From Calditrichota bacterium (GTDB lineage Bacteria; Electryoneota; AABM5-125-24; Hatepunaeales; Hatepunaeaceae), in NCBI GenBank assembly GCA_016867835.1, contig VGIQ01000003.1, positions 1-59,702 on the forward strand: a stretch of 59,702 bases of DNA, in the 5' to 3' direction. Positions 31,040 through 40,539 of this stretch are shown piece by piece. The notes beneath the pieces were generated by a model, which made no database searches, was not told the origin of the DNA, and was given only the letters and a program-made list of their open reading frames with translations. Position 1 is the stretch's first letter, and each line of letters opens with the position of its first letter. Made by a program: the position numbers and the translations under genes.

Positions 31040-31116
31040 GTCATCCTGAACGAAGTAAAGGATCTCGTTTGGGATGAGATATTGAAGAGGTGATGCTTCA
31101 CTTCGTTCAGCATGAC
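31040..31116. repeat. MITE-like hairpin element, copy 1 (25-nt terminal inverted repeats GTCATCCTGAACGAAGTRAAGGATC)
   Basis: Left arm 31040-31064 and right arm 31092-31116 are reverse complements (about 22/25). A second, inverted copy lies at 36064-36141. Confidence 0.8.
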
Positions 31117-31319
31117 GACCACCGCCAGAAAATACACTTGTTGCGCCAGGTTATATCACTTGGTGCAGATTATAGTAGTGCTTCCCCTCTTTAGCCCCCC
31201 CGCTAAGCGGGGGAGCGAAGCGATACAAGACTGAATCGTAACCACTCTGACCCTTGCGATCGACTGGCTCTAATGACTGTCATGCCAGCCCGCCGTTCAA
31301 CTCTCCACTTTCCACACTA

Positions 31320-32471
31320 TCAGCCCTTCCAGCCGGCTACAAGAGTCTTCTTCCACTGACCGAATTCCCCTTTGACGATCGCGGCTTGAGCCTGCTGCAT
31401 CAAGTGCTCGTAATAGGCTATGTTGTGCAGACTTAGCAGTCGCATTCCCAACAGTTCACCGGCGGTCGTCAAGTGATGCAAATAAGCGCGGCTGAAGTTG
31501 CGGCAGGCCGGGCAGCCGCATATCGGGTCGAGCGGGCCCTGATCGCTGCGAAAGCGAGCCAGGCGCAGGTCGATACGACCGGACGATGTGAAAGTCTCCC
31601 CGTTGCGGCCGTTGCGGGTCGGCAGGACGCAGTCGAAGAGATCGACTCCGAATCCGATACAGGTCAGGAGGTCTTCCGGCGTCCCGACGCCTAACAGGTG
31701 TCGCACCCTGTCGGAAGGCAGGCGGCTGCAACAAATCTCCGCGACCCGATACATTTCCTGCGGAGGCTCGCCGACCGACACGCCTCCAATGGCAAAGGTG
31801 TCCGGATCAAGCAAGGCCAACTCCTCCAGCGAACGCACCCGCAGATCGTCGAAGAGACCGCCCTGGATGACAACCGTCAACCCCTGCTGAGAGCGCTTAT
31901 CCGATGTCTGCCTCAAGTGACTCAGGAACCGCTCGGCCCAGCGGGTCGTTAGTGCAGTAGCGCGATCGACCTCGTCCCGCGATGCCGGGTAGGGTGGACA
32001 CTCGTCGAGGGCGTAGATCAGATCGGCGCCCAAGGCACGTTGGATATCTCCTGCCCTTTCCGGCGTCAGGTGCACCAGTCGGCCGTCATAGACCGACCGG
32101 AAGGCTACGCCGGCTTCGTCGATCTTGCGCGTTTCGGAGAGGCTGAAGACCTGAAAGCCGCCCGAGTCGGTCAAGGTAGGCCCGTTCCAGCCCATAAAGG
32201 CTGCCAGTCCCCCCATACTGGCAACCAACTCTTCACCGGGACGGTGGTGCAAATGGTAGGTGTTCCCGAGCACCATCTCGACCCCGGCAGCGCGTAGTTC
32301 ATCGGGACCAAGGCCTTTGACCGATGCGACCGTCCCTACCGGCAGGAAAGCAGGCGTCCGGACGATCCCATGCGGCGTCGTCAGGATTCCGGCGCGCGCC
32401 GCGCCGTCGGTCGCGGTCGTTTGAAAGTCTCTAGGACGGGCCGGATCCGCCGCTCCGCTGGGAAAAGGCAC
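31320..32471 (-). CDS. tgt: queuine tRNA-ribosyltransferase
   Basis: VMLGNTYHL, LTDSGGFQVFSL, and the zinc site CGCPAC...H. Confidence 0.9.
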   Translation of the reverse strand: MPFPSGAADPARPRDFQTTATDGAARAGILTTPHGIVRTPAFLPVGTVASVKGLGPDELRAAGVEMVLGNTYHLHHRPGEELVASMGGLAAFMGWNGPTLTDSGGFQVFSLSETRKIDEAGVAFRSVYDGRLVHLTPERAGDIQRALGADLIYALDECPPYPASRDEVDRATALTTRWAERFLSHLRQTSDKRSQQGLTVVIQGGLFDDLRVRSLEELALLDPDTFAIGGVSVGEPPQEMYRVAEICCSRLPSDRVRHLLGVGTPEDLLTCIGFGVDLFDCVLPTRNGRNGETFTSSGRIDLRLARFRSDQGPLDPICGCPACRNFSRAYLHHLTTAGELLGMRLLSLHNIAYYEHLMQQAQAAIVKGEFGQWKKTLVAGWKG

Positions 32472-32516
32472 AATCCTAATTTACATTGACTATTGTCATC
32501 ATTCAAGGGAAATAGG

Positions 32517-32951
32517 ATGGGAGCAACCAAGACTGAGTTACATGCCGTCGTCACCTGGCGCGGCGAATCCCGCTTCGAAGGCGCTAATCCTACCGGGCAG
32601 GGCATCCTCTTCGACTCCCGACCGGCTGGCGAACCGACGTCAGGCCCGTCGCCGATGGAGACCGTCCTCCAGGCCGCCGGCGCCTGCAGTGGTATGGATG
32701 TCGAGTTCATTCTGCGCAAACGGCAGTTGAAACTCGAACATCTCGAAGTGCACCTGACCGGCGTCAAACGCGCCGAACATCCCCGCATCTATGAGTCGAT
32801 TCACGCTGCCTACCGCGCCAAAGGCGAGGGTATCACCAAAGATGAGATGGAGCGCGCCGTCAACCTCTCGCATACAACCTACTGCTCGGTCTTCGGGATG
32901 CTGAGGCAGATTGCCGACGTTACTTGGGAATGCGAAGTCATCACCGACTAA
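32517..32951 (+). CDS. OsmC/Ohr-family peroxiredoxin-like protein
   Basis: About 145 aa with PMETVLQAAGACSGMDV and SHTTYCSVFGML (the two conserved Cys regions of OsmC). Start placed at MGATKTE. Confidence 0.7.
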   Translation: MGATKTELHAVVTWRGESRFEGANPTGQGILFDSRPAGEPTSGPSPMETVLQAAGACSGMDVEFILRKRQLKLEHLEVHLTGVKRAEHPRIYESIHAAYRAKGEGITKDEMERAVNLSHTTYCSVFGMLRQIADVTWECEVITD

Positions 32952-33163
32952 TGACCAACAACTAATGTCAATGAAGAAGTTGATGAATATGTTATTAATG
33001 GTGGCATTTTCATCTCTTCAAGTCCCTCTGCTTTGCGGGGGGACGGCAGGGGGGAATATGGATCAAACCAAGATTACCCCCCTACATTCCCCCCCGCAAA
33101 ACTGGTGGGGAGAGTACAAGAGCATCTGACCAAGTAATAATATGGACTTGTGAGGTCGTCAGA

Positions 33164-35314
33164 GTGATGTTTGTAACTAAGCATTCCGCAATCTGCATTC
33201 TGCATTTTGCGCTCGCCCTGTTTGGTCTGTTGCTTGCTGAGAGATCATCCGGCGTTCCCCGTTGGGAGGTGATCAGCCCCTGGCCGGCGCCAGGGAGCAT
33301 CGTTTCGCTCGACTTCATCAGCCCTGATACCGGCTATCTTGTCAACGATGTCGCGATGCTGCTAAAGACCGTGAACGGCGGAGAATCTTGGACGGAGATC
33401 GCCTCTCCGCGCCATCTGGCGACAGGGCCGTGGCGGATTGAAGCGTTCAACAACCGGCTGGCGCTTCTTGGCGGCACCTACCATGAAGCGCCGTTCACCG
33501 GAGCCTTATTCTACACCGATAATGGGGGTGAGGATTGGGATCGATGGGAATTGGGAGGGGACTTCGATCCCTTTGGTCCAACGGCGGTTACCTTTCGACC
33601 GGCTTTACTCGGCTGGGTAGCCGGGACGACCTATGATGTGCAAGGCGTACCAGTAGCAGCGGTCTATCGCAACAATGGCGAAATCAACTGGACAAAGACG
33701 ATTCTCCCGGAGAGTCGCGGTATGACGATCCACGACCTGCACTTCGCCAATGGATCCCTCGGCTGGGCGGTCGGGTCGAATGGCTATGCCGCGAGGACTG
33801 ATGATGGCGGAGATCACTGGGTGCGTATCGCCACCGGCACCGGCCTTGCGCTCCATACTGTTCATTTCGTCAACGCCACGACAGGCATTGTAGCGGGAGG
33901 AAATTTCAATACCGCGGTGATGCTGCGGACGACCAACGGCGGTGCCAGGTGGGACGCTGTCGAAACGCCGGCCCGAACCCGTATCACCGGGCTTACGATG
34001 CTGGACAACGGGCAATGGGTAGCCATCAGCGAAGGCGGCAATGCTCCGGCAGCCATAATGACCTCGCCGGACGGCATCCGCTGGGAGACAGCACTTTCAA
34101 GCGAGAGACTGCTCTGGTGCCTCGGGAGCGCCGGCAACACAGCCTATGTCGGTGGCAGCGACGGGACCTTAATCACTGCCCGGGACGGTAGGAACTGGCG
34201 CGAAACAACCCGCCGCCTCGGCGAAGGAACGATCTACGATTTGCACTTTCGCATCCCATCGACCGGCTGGTTCTGCGGCGAAGATGGTCTCTTTGGCCGG
34301 ACCGACGACGGCGGGGCAACCTGGAGCACCGGAGCAGTCGCAGAAGGCGTCAACATCTTCGCCATACACTTCACCGACGACGAGACCGGCTATGCGGCCG
34401 GATCAACCTCACGCGAGTTTCGGACGGAAGACGCCGGGAGAACCTGGGAGCCGGTCTCTATTGCCGAAACACAGGTGAGCCGGATCGTTTTCGTAGGTGG
34501 GCGCGGCTTTGCGCTGGCGGGCGATCAGGTTGCATCTACCGACGACGGACTGGACTGGAGGACGACAGTCGTTACGCGCAACGGAGCCATTCTGACCGGG
34601 CTGGCGGTCGTGAACCGCGATACGCTCTTCGTTGCATCGCCGAACGACTCGATGCGCAAGTCCACCGACGGCGGGCGCACTTGGCAGCGGGTCGCGACGC
34701 CCTTCGGACCGGCCAACGATGTTGGCTTTCTTGACCGGCGCCGGGGCTATGCCGTATCCATCGACCGCGTTCAACCGAGATTCTACTTCACCACCGACGG
34801 CGGCACTAACTGGCAGGCGCGCGGCGGATTCGACTTCATCCCGATCGGTGTCAGCATGCCCGACGAAGGCGTCGCCTGGCTGCGCGGAGGCGACGGGGAA
34901 CTGATGCGGAGTGTCAACGCCGGATGGACCTGGCAGGATGCCGGCCTTCCGGCGCGGAGCATCGTCCGGGACGTTGTGCCGCTTGGCCCTGACCGGGCGG
35001 TCGTTTGCGGTGAAGGAAGCCTGATGGCGCGCTGGGGCGAGGACGATCTAAATGCACCAGTAGGCCCGATCGCAAAGCCGGTCAACTATGAAGCGGTGAT
35101 CTTCCCCAATCCGGCCAACCGGTCGGCGCAGATTCGATTCGGTGGTCTATCCAGTAATGTCGTGCTCTATGATCTGCGCGGGCGGGAAGTGTTAAGATCA
35201 AGCGGTGACGTCCGGGAAGCGTTCAACCTCGACCTGACGGCACTTCCATCGGGGAGTTATCGAGTGGTGGCGGACGGACGGACGTCAGCAGTCCGGCTGG
35301 TCGTCCTCAAGTAG
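33164..35314 (+). CDS. BNR/Asp-box (Ycf48/sortilin-like) repeat protein with T9SS C-terminal sorting domain
   Basis: Signal peptide, at least 8 (S/T)xDGGxTW repeats, and a C-terminal ~80-aa beta-sandwich tail (VIFPNPANRSAQIRF...LYDLRGREV...LPSGSYRVV) typical of Por-secretion CTDs. Confidence 0.65.
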   Translation: MMFVTKHSAICILHFALALFGLLLAERSSGVPRWEVISPWPAPGSIVSLDFISPDTGYLVNDVAMLLKTVNGGESWTEIASPRHLATGPWRIEAFNNRLALLGGTYHEAPFTGALFYTDNGGEDWDRWELGGDFDPFGPTAVTFRPALLGWVAGTTYDVQGVPVAAVYRNNGEINWTKTILPESRGMTIHDLHFANGSLGWAVGSNGYAARTDDGGDHWVRIATGTGLALHTVHFVNATTGIVAGGNFNTAVMLRTTNGGARWDAVETPARTRITGLTMLDNGQWVAISEGGNAPAAIMTSPDGIRWETALSSERLLWCLGSAGNTAYVGGSDGTLITARDGRNWRETTRRLGEGTIYDLHFRIPSTGWFCGEDGLFGRTDDGGATWSTGAVAEGVNIFAIHFTDDETGYAAGSTSREFRTEDAGRTWEPVSIAETQVSRIVFVGGRGFALAGDQVASTDDGLDWRTTVVTRNGAILTGLAVVNRDTLFVASPNDSMRKSTDGGRTWQRVATPFGPANDVGFLDRRRGYAVSIDRVQPRFYFTTDGGTNWQARGGFDFIPIGVSMPDEGVAWLRGGDGELMRSVNAGWTWQDAGLPARSIVRDVVPLGPDRAVVCGEGSLMARWGEDDLNAPVGPIAKPVNYEAVIFPNPANRSAQIRFGGLSSNVVLYDLRGREVLRSSGDVREAFNLDLTALPSGSYRVVADGRTSAVRLVVLK

Positions 35315-35376
35315 TAAGTCTCATCTGGCGGCGCTGTGCCGCCGGACGTCCTCGTCCGGCGGCTGAGTCGTCATAC

Positions 35377-36006
35377 TCACGCCGCAAATCGGGCTCCATT
35401 TGGATTTGGATTTCGCACCCAGCCGGCTTTGGATCCAACCCACCAGACTATACCGAAACTAACCGCCCCAATAATCCAGCCGCCGATGACGTCGCCCGGA
35501 TAGTGCACACCGATGTAGATGCGCGAATAGCCGATTACCAGCGCACCGCCCAGATACCACCACCTTCCCGCCGGATAGAACAAAGCCCACCAGAGTGCCT
35601 GCCCCATCGAGTTCGCGGCATGCGACGACGGGAACGAGAACGACCTCTTATAGACGACCTCGATCACGTCGGGTATGACGATCCAGCCCTCTTTCGACCA
35701 GTAATGCAGTCCCGGGATGACGTTGCAGGGCCGGATCCGTTCGACGAGCGGTTTGACCAGCCCGGAACTGATCTGGTCGGTCAGGATCACGACGACGACC
35801 GCGAGCACCCCGGCGATGCGGCCTCGTTTGCCGCCCCAGATCATCACCCCGAGCCAAACCAGCAACAGAGGCCCCATCCAGTTTACGTTGCGGTCGAGGA
35901 AGGGCATCGCGACATCAAAGAGAGGGTTGCGGAAGGCACCGTTCAGGACGAGCGCCAGTTGGGCGTCTAATTGAATGAAGAATGCAAAATGCAGAATGTT
36001 GAACAC
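35377..36006 (-). CDS. PAP2-family phosphatase (phosphatidic acid / undecaprenyl-diphosphate phosphatase-like)
   Basis: KPLVERIRP, PSSHAANS and SRIYIGVHYPGDV, the three PAP2 signature motifs. GTG start. Confidence 0.75.
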   Translation of the reverse strand: MFNILHFAFFIQLDAQLALVLNGAFRNPLFDVAMPFLDRNVNWMGPLLLVWLGVMIWGGKRGRIAGVLAVVVVILTDQISSGLVKPLVERIRPCNVIPGLHYWSKEGWIVIPDVIEVVYKRSFSFPSSHAANSMGQALWWALFYPAGRWWYLGGALVIGYSRIYIGVHYPGDVIGGWIIGAVSFGIVWWVGSKAGWVRNPNPNGARFAA

Positions 36007-36063
36007 AGGAAGTTAGATGGTGAAGTATATCTATTATTGATCAGTGCATCTGATTGCTGGCAT

Positions 36064-36141
36064 GTCATGCTGAACGCAGTGAAGCATCCCAACCTGAAGA
36101 TAGGCATCCCAAACGAGATCCTTCACTTCGTTCAGGATGAC
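36064..36141. repeat. MITE-like hairpin element, copy 2 (inverted relative to copy 1)
   Basis: GTCATGCTGAACGCAGTGAAGCATC ... GATCCTTCACTTCGTTCAGGATGAC. Its arms match the reverse complements of the copy-1 arms; the central loop is partly shared (tcgtttgggatg). Confidence 0.8.
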
Positions 36142-36253
36142 ACCAAAATGCACCCCTTGGTATCAAGGTATATGCATACCGGATGCCCTTGTCCGGCGTG
36201 CACGAGTCGAGGTTTTGATTTGCGGACTCATTCTTCATTCTAAATTCTCCATT

Positions 36254-36958
36254 TCAAAGCCCGGCTGTCTGCTTCAGCCGCTGCACCTCGCCCGGTGTCA
36301 ACTTACGCCATCTGCCGACCCCGAGCCGGCCGAGCGCCACCGGCCCGATTCGCGTCCGCTTCAACTCGACGACCGTCAACTTCAGTTCCCGAAAGAGCCG
36401 CCGGACGATGTGCTTGCGGCCTTCGTGGATGACGACCCGGCAACGTCCTCCCGGAGCCGGGAGAAGCGCCGAGACCTCCACCTTGCGCTCGTCGATGATG
36501 ATGCCCTTGCGGATGCGCTCAAAGTCGCGGGAGCCAAGCGGGCGGTTCAGTCGGACAAGGTATTCCTTTTCGACCTCATGGCGGGGATGAATCAAGCGGA
36601 ACGCAAGGTCGCCGTCGTCGGTCAGGATCAGCAGGCCGGTCGTTTCGCGGTCGAGCCGACCGACCGGGAAGAGCCGCTCGGGGAGGTCAGGCAGCGCTTC
36701 CGGCAGCGAAAGCCCAGGTTCGCGGCTCTTCGCCAACGTGGTGATGACGCCGGCCGGCTTGTGGTAGATAATATAGGTGCGCGCCCGGGCAATCTCGAGC
36801 GGCGCGCCGTCGAGGGTGATGTCGGAGGTCTCTTCGACACCGGTCGCCGGGTCGAGGACGACCTTGCCGCCGACGCGGACGCGACCGGCGCAGATCAAGT
36901 CTTCGGCGCTGCGGCGGGAGGCGGCTCCGGCCAAGGCAAGGAAGCGGGAAAGGCGCAT
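36254..36958 (-). CDS. pseudouridine synthase (RsuA/RluB family) with S4 domain
   Basis: N-terminal S4 (RLSRFLALAGAASRRSAEDLICAGRVRVGG), and a catalytic-Asp motif VGRLDRETTGLLILTDDGDL. Confidence 0.85.
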   Translation of the reverse strand: MRLSRFLALAGAASRRSAEDLICAGRVRVGGKVVLDPATGVEETSDITLDGAPLEIARARTYIIYHKPAGVITTLAKSREPGLSLPEALPDLPERLFPVGRLDRETTGLLILTDDGDLAFRLIHPRHEVEKEYLVRLNRPLGSRDFERIRKGIIIDERKVEVSALLPAPGGRCRVVIHEGRKHIVRRLFRELKLTVVELKRTRIGPVALGRLGVGRWRKLTPGEVQRLKQTAGL

Positions 36959-37076
36959 GGGAAGCGTAATAGGGATTTTGGGGGGTGTGTAGCAAGAAAA
37001 TCGTCACTTCGTCACCGAAAGGGCGTATCCTGCGTGGCAGCATAGAGATACGCGGTGACGGAAGGGTGACGGAAGG

Positions 37077-37127
37077 TGCTGATGATGACTAATGACTGAT
37101 GACTGATGCCAATGCTGATGCTGATGA
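37077..37127. repeat. stop-rich heptamer/hexamer repeat block (ATGACTR)3-ATG-N3-(ATGCTG)2, copy A
   Basis: gctgatgATGACTAATGACTGATGACTGATGccaATGCTGATGCTGATG. Related copy B is at 47088-47145. Confidence 0.8.
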
Positions 37128-37173
37128 AACCGTAGCGCCGCCATGCTGGCGGCATGCCATCAGGATGATGGCG

Positions 37174-40100
37174 CTACGAGCGCCCCTCCACAATCGCAAT
37201 TTCCTTCTCTGTCAAGCCGTAAAGTTCATAGACCGCGCGGTCGATGGCGCGCTCGACTTCGGCAAGTTGCGCCTCGAGTCGGCGGCGCTCGGCAAGGCCG
37301 GGGGAGATAAGTATACTGTCCTTGATTCTTAAGGCATGATCTGTTAGGCCCGTAATAGCCAACTTATTGCCATTTCCGGAAGTGGGAACCGAGACCATAT
37401 ATTGTCGTATTTGTCTTATGCGACCCTTCATATCAGGATCACCTAATACAGCTGAATGGCGTAATAAGTATTGCCAAACAGCCTTCGAGTTTAGTAATCC
37501 TGTAAGGAATAGATCATTTGTAGGCATAATGTAACACGTTTGAATCGAATATAAGCCATGAATGTCGTAGGCAAACCTACTTTCCATAGCAATATCGGGC
37601 CAAATAATCTTCGGTTTGAGAAATTCATCGTAATAATCGCATGCTCTCAATTCCCACCAGTGTTTGCCTTGATCCTGACGCTTTTCAAGTTGCGGTTGAT
37701 AGTCCTTAAGATGATCGAAAATTAGAGGATATTCTTCAATATCAACTCCTATTTTAGTCATAATCAAGTATCTGTCCCGATAGTTAACCCGCCATTTGCG
37801 CACATCGTCGCCCTTGACGAAGGGGACGATGATCTCCGACGATTTCGGATCCTTGTCGATGAGGCGCTGGCGCTGTTCGGCGGTGATGACGAAAGCTTCG
37901 TTAAGCCCGGTCTTTATACCATAGTATATTTGATTACCTACATACTCCCCGAGCGGCTTTCCCGCTTCCCGCATCTTCTCAAACACGTCCACCAAGCCTC
38001 TTTGCACCAAAGTGAAACCTGTAGGTGACAAAGCCCCTGCCGAAAGCGGGAACGCGGAGTCTTCGAAGATCGCCCTAATCTGTTTTGCTTGAACATCGTT
38101 GCTTTTCGCGGGCAGTTCGGGGATAGCCGCAAAGCGCGGCTCACCTTCCGGCGGCTGCTTCGAGGCGATGACGATCATCGGCATCACTGCGGGTTCGTCG
38201 AAGACCTTTGCCTCTCCGAAATCTACCAGTTTCTCAAGCCGCTTCGCCAGCAGAAACTCCCGTAATTTTTCCCCATAAGCTGCCCGCATCCACTTGTTTG
38301 AAACGATGTAACCGAAACGTCCGCCCTCTCTCATCAGGTTGAATGCCTGCTCGATGAACGCAATGTATAAGTCGGTTGTGGCGCTGGAAGTCGTGAACCG
38401 GACATCCAGAAACTCTTTGACCGCGCCGAGTGATTCCTGCCGGACATAAGGCGGGTTGCCGATGACAGCATCGAATCCTCGCGGCTCGCCGGGATGGAAG
38501 AAGACTTCGGGAAAGGCAAGTTCAAAGTGAAAGAATCGATTGCGGTGTCTAATGTCTCCTGCGTCATCGGGGAGTTTGTCTCCGCCGAGCAGTTTTTCGC
38601 AGAGTTCGGTGTATTTCAACTGGTCGATATCGTAACCGAAATCGGCAGCGGTGCGGAGGTGGGCGATGTTCTCGAAAGGTGAGAGACGCTGCAAGACTTC
38701 GCGGCGGAAAATGGCTTCCTTCTCTTTCACCTGGGGATAGTTGTCGCTCGGCATCTCATGGATACGGCTCAGCGCCTCGATGGCATCGTTAAGCGCGGTC
38801 TGGACTCCTGTGGCTTCGAATAGAGCGCCATCCTTTCTGCGCAGCCTCTCAGGAACGAACCCAAACAAGTCGGTGGTCGATCCAGCAAGCGAGTTTCCGT
38901 GCCGAAGGTGATGGTCGAGGAAGTTGAGCGGATTCGAGGACGTGATACAGGTGAGCCAGAGCGCGAGTTTCGCCAATTCGACCGCCAGATCGTTAAGATC
39001 GACGCCGTAGATACAGGATTCGACCACCCGGCGCCGCCAATAGGCTTTATTGGCCTTGAGATCGTCGGGCTTGTCGGGATTTGCCGGTGCGCTGGTCGGG
39101 TGGTCGGCAATTAGATCGCCGAGGTATTCGGTTGCCCGGACCAGGAAGTGACCGCTGCCCATCGACGGGTCGAGGAGACGGAGTTTGAGGACGCCCTCCG
39201 CGAACGAATTCGGAAGACCCTTTGAAACAGGCTGTGAATCCCTAACCTTTTGAATCAGGGGAGCAAGTGTCTCCTCGATAATATAATCGACCACCCACTC
39301 GGGGGTGTAATAGGAACCGGAGACTTTGCGGTCGCTGCGGGCGCGGGCCTGCTGGCGAACCTCCACGAATTTGATCCTGCCATTAGCGAGTTTCGGCTTA
39401 TATTCGAGTAGTCCTTCGTAGATCGAACCGAGTTGCAGAACGCTGAGCGAGGCGTAATCGATGGTCTCCTTGAAATCGACGGAAATGGTGTCGTCATCTG
39501 AGGAGGGGAGTGGGGCATAGATTAGCCCTTTGAGTAACTGCTGGACGGTATAGTTGCCGAGAAACCAAGCGCCTTTGGAAGTATCAATGGTTGAAATCCG
39601 ATAGTATTTCTTAGGGTCGAATAGTCCGCCATTATAGCGAGGGATACCGAGGCTTTCGCTTCTTGCCTCGTTTTCTCCGTCAATCGTTTTAGAGAGTTCC
39701 ACCAATATTGGCCACATTGTCGTGTGGACATCGTCTTCCGATCGATAACTGGAATTGGGAAGGATTTCCTGATACTGCCTTAGCGAATAAAGTTCGCGAT
39801 ATCTTTTACGCGCGCCGGATCCCCACTTTTGAACTGGAAGTAACTCGCGCGATTCGGCATAGAGGACAAACAGGAGGCGATAGAGAAGGATAAGGCTGTA
39901 GGTAAAGACTTCCTCTATTTGGTCTTCACGGATTTTGTTGTTGACCTTGGGGGTATAGAATCCATTTGCGACGATTTCGGCGAGTTTGAAGACGCGGACG
40001 CGGAGGCGCTCTTCGAGGTCCTGCCGTCGGGCGAGGGACTTGTTCCAGAGCGAATCGAGCCTTGAAAAGCCGTCGTCGCCTTTCGCGAAGGCGCTCCTAC

Positions 40101-40539
40101 CAAAGAGCGCAAGAAAGAGCCGGAGACTGTCCAGATCGGCGAGGACTCTGGAGAGTCTCATCGAAAAATAGGAGGTTACATCGTCCTTGCTGTGATAGAG
40201 TCTCCACTCGTTGCCGTTTGAGAGAATCCCCCAATTGATGGGCGAGCCCGGGCGGTCAGTGAGGTAGTTCCTTATCTGTCGATAATAGGGCAAGCCGGGC
40301 GTTTCGCGGCGGGATTTACGGTCGAGCGGGAGGTCGAACATCTTCGCCTCAAGCAACCCGATGCCTAGTTGGTAACGTTGCTCATCGGGCAGTTGACCGG
40401 ACTGGGTTTTGGCCTCTTCGCCATCATATAGGATATAATCAGGGAAGCCAACCAACTGGAAAGATCGGCGATGGAAGGCAAAGCCGAGCAGGGGGAGGAT
40501 TTTGTCAAAGAGGTCGGTTTCGGTCTGACTCTCGCTCAT
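37174..40539 (-). CDS. Type IIG (Eco57I/MmeI-like) restriction-modification enzyme: fused PD-(D/E)xK endonuclease and N6-adenine DNA methyltransferase with C-terminal TRD
   Basis: 1121 aa. N-terminal FPDYILY...GIGLLEAKMF (PD-ExK), MTase motif I LDPSMGSGHFLV, motif IV GNPPYV (gamma-class order), and a long C-terminal specificity region. Single-polypeptide system. The 3' 600 nt are AT-rich. Confidence 0.8.
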   Translation of the reverse strand: MSESQTETDLFDKILPLLGFAFHRRSFQLVGFPDYILYDGEEAKTQSGQLPDEQRYQLGIGLLEAKMFDLPLDRKSRRETPGLPYYRQIRNYLTDRPGSPINWGILSNGNEWRLYHSKDDVTSYFSMRLSRVLADLDSLRLFLALFGRSAFAKGDDGFSRLDSLWNKSLARRQDLEERLRVRVFKLAEIVANGFYTPKVNNKIREDQIEEVFTYSLILLYRLLFVLYAESRELLPVQKWGSGARKRYRELYSLRQYQEILPNSSYRSEDDVHTTMWPILVELSKTIDGENEARSESLGIPRYNGGLFDPKKYYRISTIDTSKGAWFLGNYTVQQLLKGLIYAPLPSSDDDTISVDFKETIDYASLSVLQLGSIYEGLLEYKPKLANGRIKFVEVRQQARARSDRKVSGSYYTPEWVVDYIIEETLAPLIQKVRDSQPVSKGLPNSFAEGVLKLRLLDPSMGSGHFLVRATEYLGDLIADHPTSAPANPDKPDDLKANKAYWRRRVVESCIYGVDLNDLAVELAKLALWLTCITSSNPLNFLDHHLRHGNSLAGSTTDLFGFVPERLRRKDGALFEATGVQTALNDAIEALSRIHEMPSDNYPQVKEKEAIFRREVLQRLSPFENIAHLRTAADFGYDIDQLKYTELCEKLLGGDKLPDDAGDIRHRNRFFHFELAFPEVFFHPGEPRGFDAVIGNPPYVRQESLGAVKEFLDVRFTTSSATTDLYIAFIEQAFNLMREGGRFGYIVSNKWMRAAYGEKLREFLLAKRLEKLVDFGEAKVFDEPAVMPMIVIASKQPPEGEPRFAAIPELPAKSNDVQAKQIRAIFEDSAFPLSAGALSPTGFTLVQRGLVDVFEKMREAGKPLGEYVGNQIYYGIKTGLNEAFVITAEQRQRLIDKDPKSSEIIVPFVKGDDVRKWRVNYRDRYLIMTKIGVDIEEYPLIFDHLKDYQPQLEKRQDQGKHWWELRACDYYDEFLKPKIIWPDIAMESRFAYDIHGLYSIQTCYIMPTNDLFLTGLLNSKAVWQYLLRHSAVLGDPDMKGRIRQIRQYMVSVPTSGNGNKLAITGLTDHALRIKDSILISPGLAERRRLEAQLAEVERAIDRAVYELYGLTEKEIAIVEGRS

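Noticed and set aside
36137-37045. 302-aa + strand ORF
   Set aside because: It is entirely antisense to the well-supported rsuA pseudouridine synthase gene. Arg/Pro/Ala-rich junk of this kind is typical of GC-rich antisense frames. The same applies to most other long + strand ORFs in the track (e.g. 17869..19224, 19521..20189, 25790..26563, 50213..51136).
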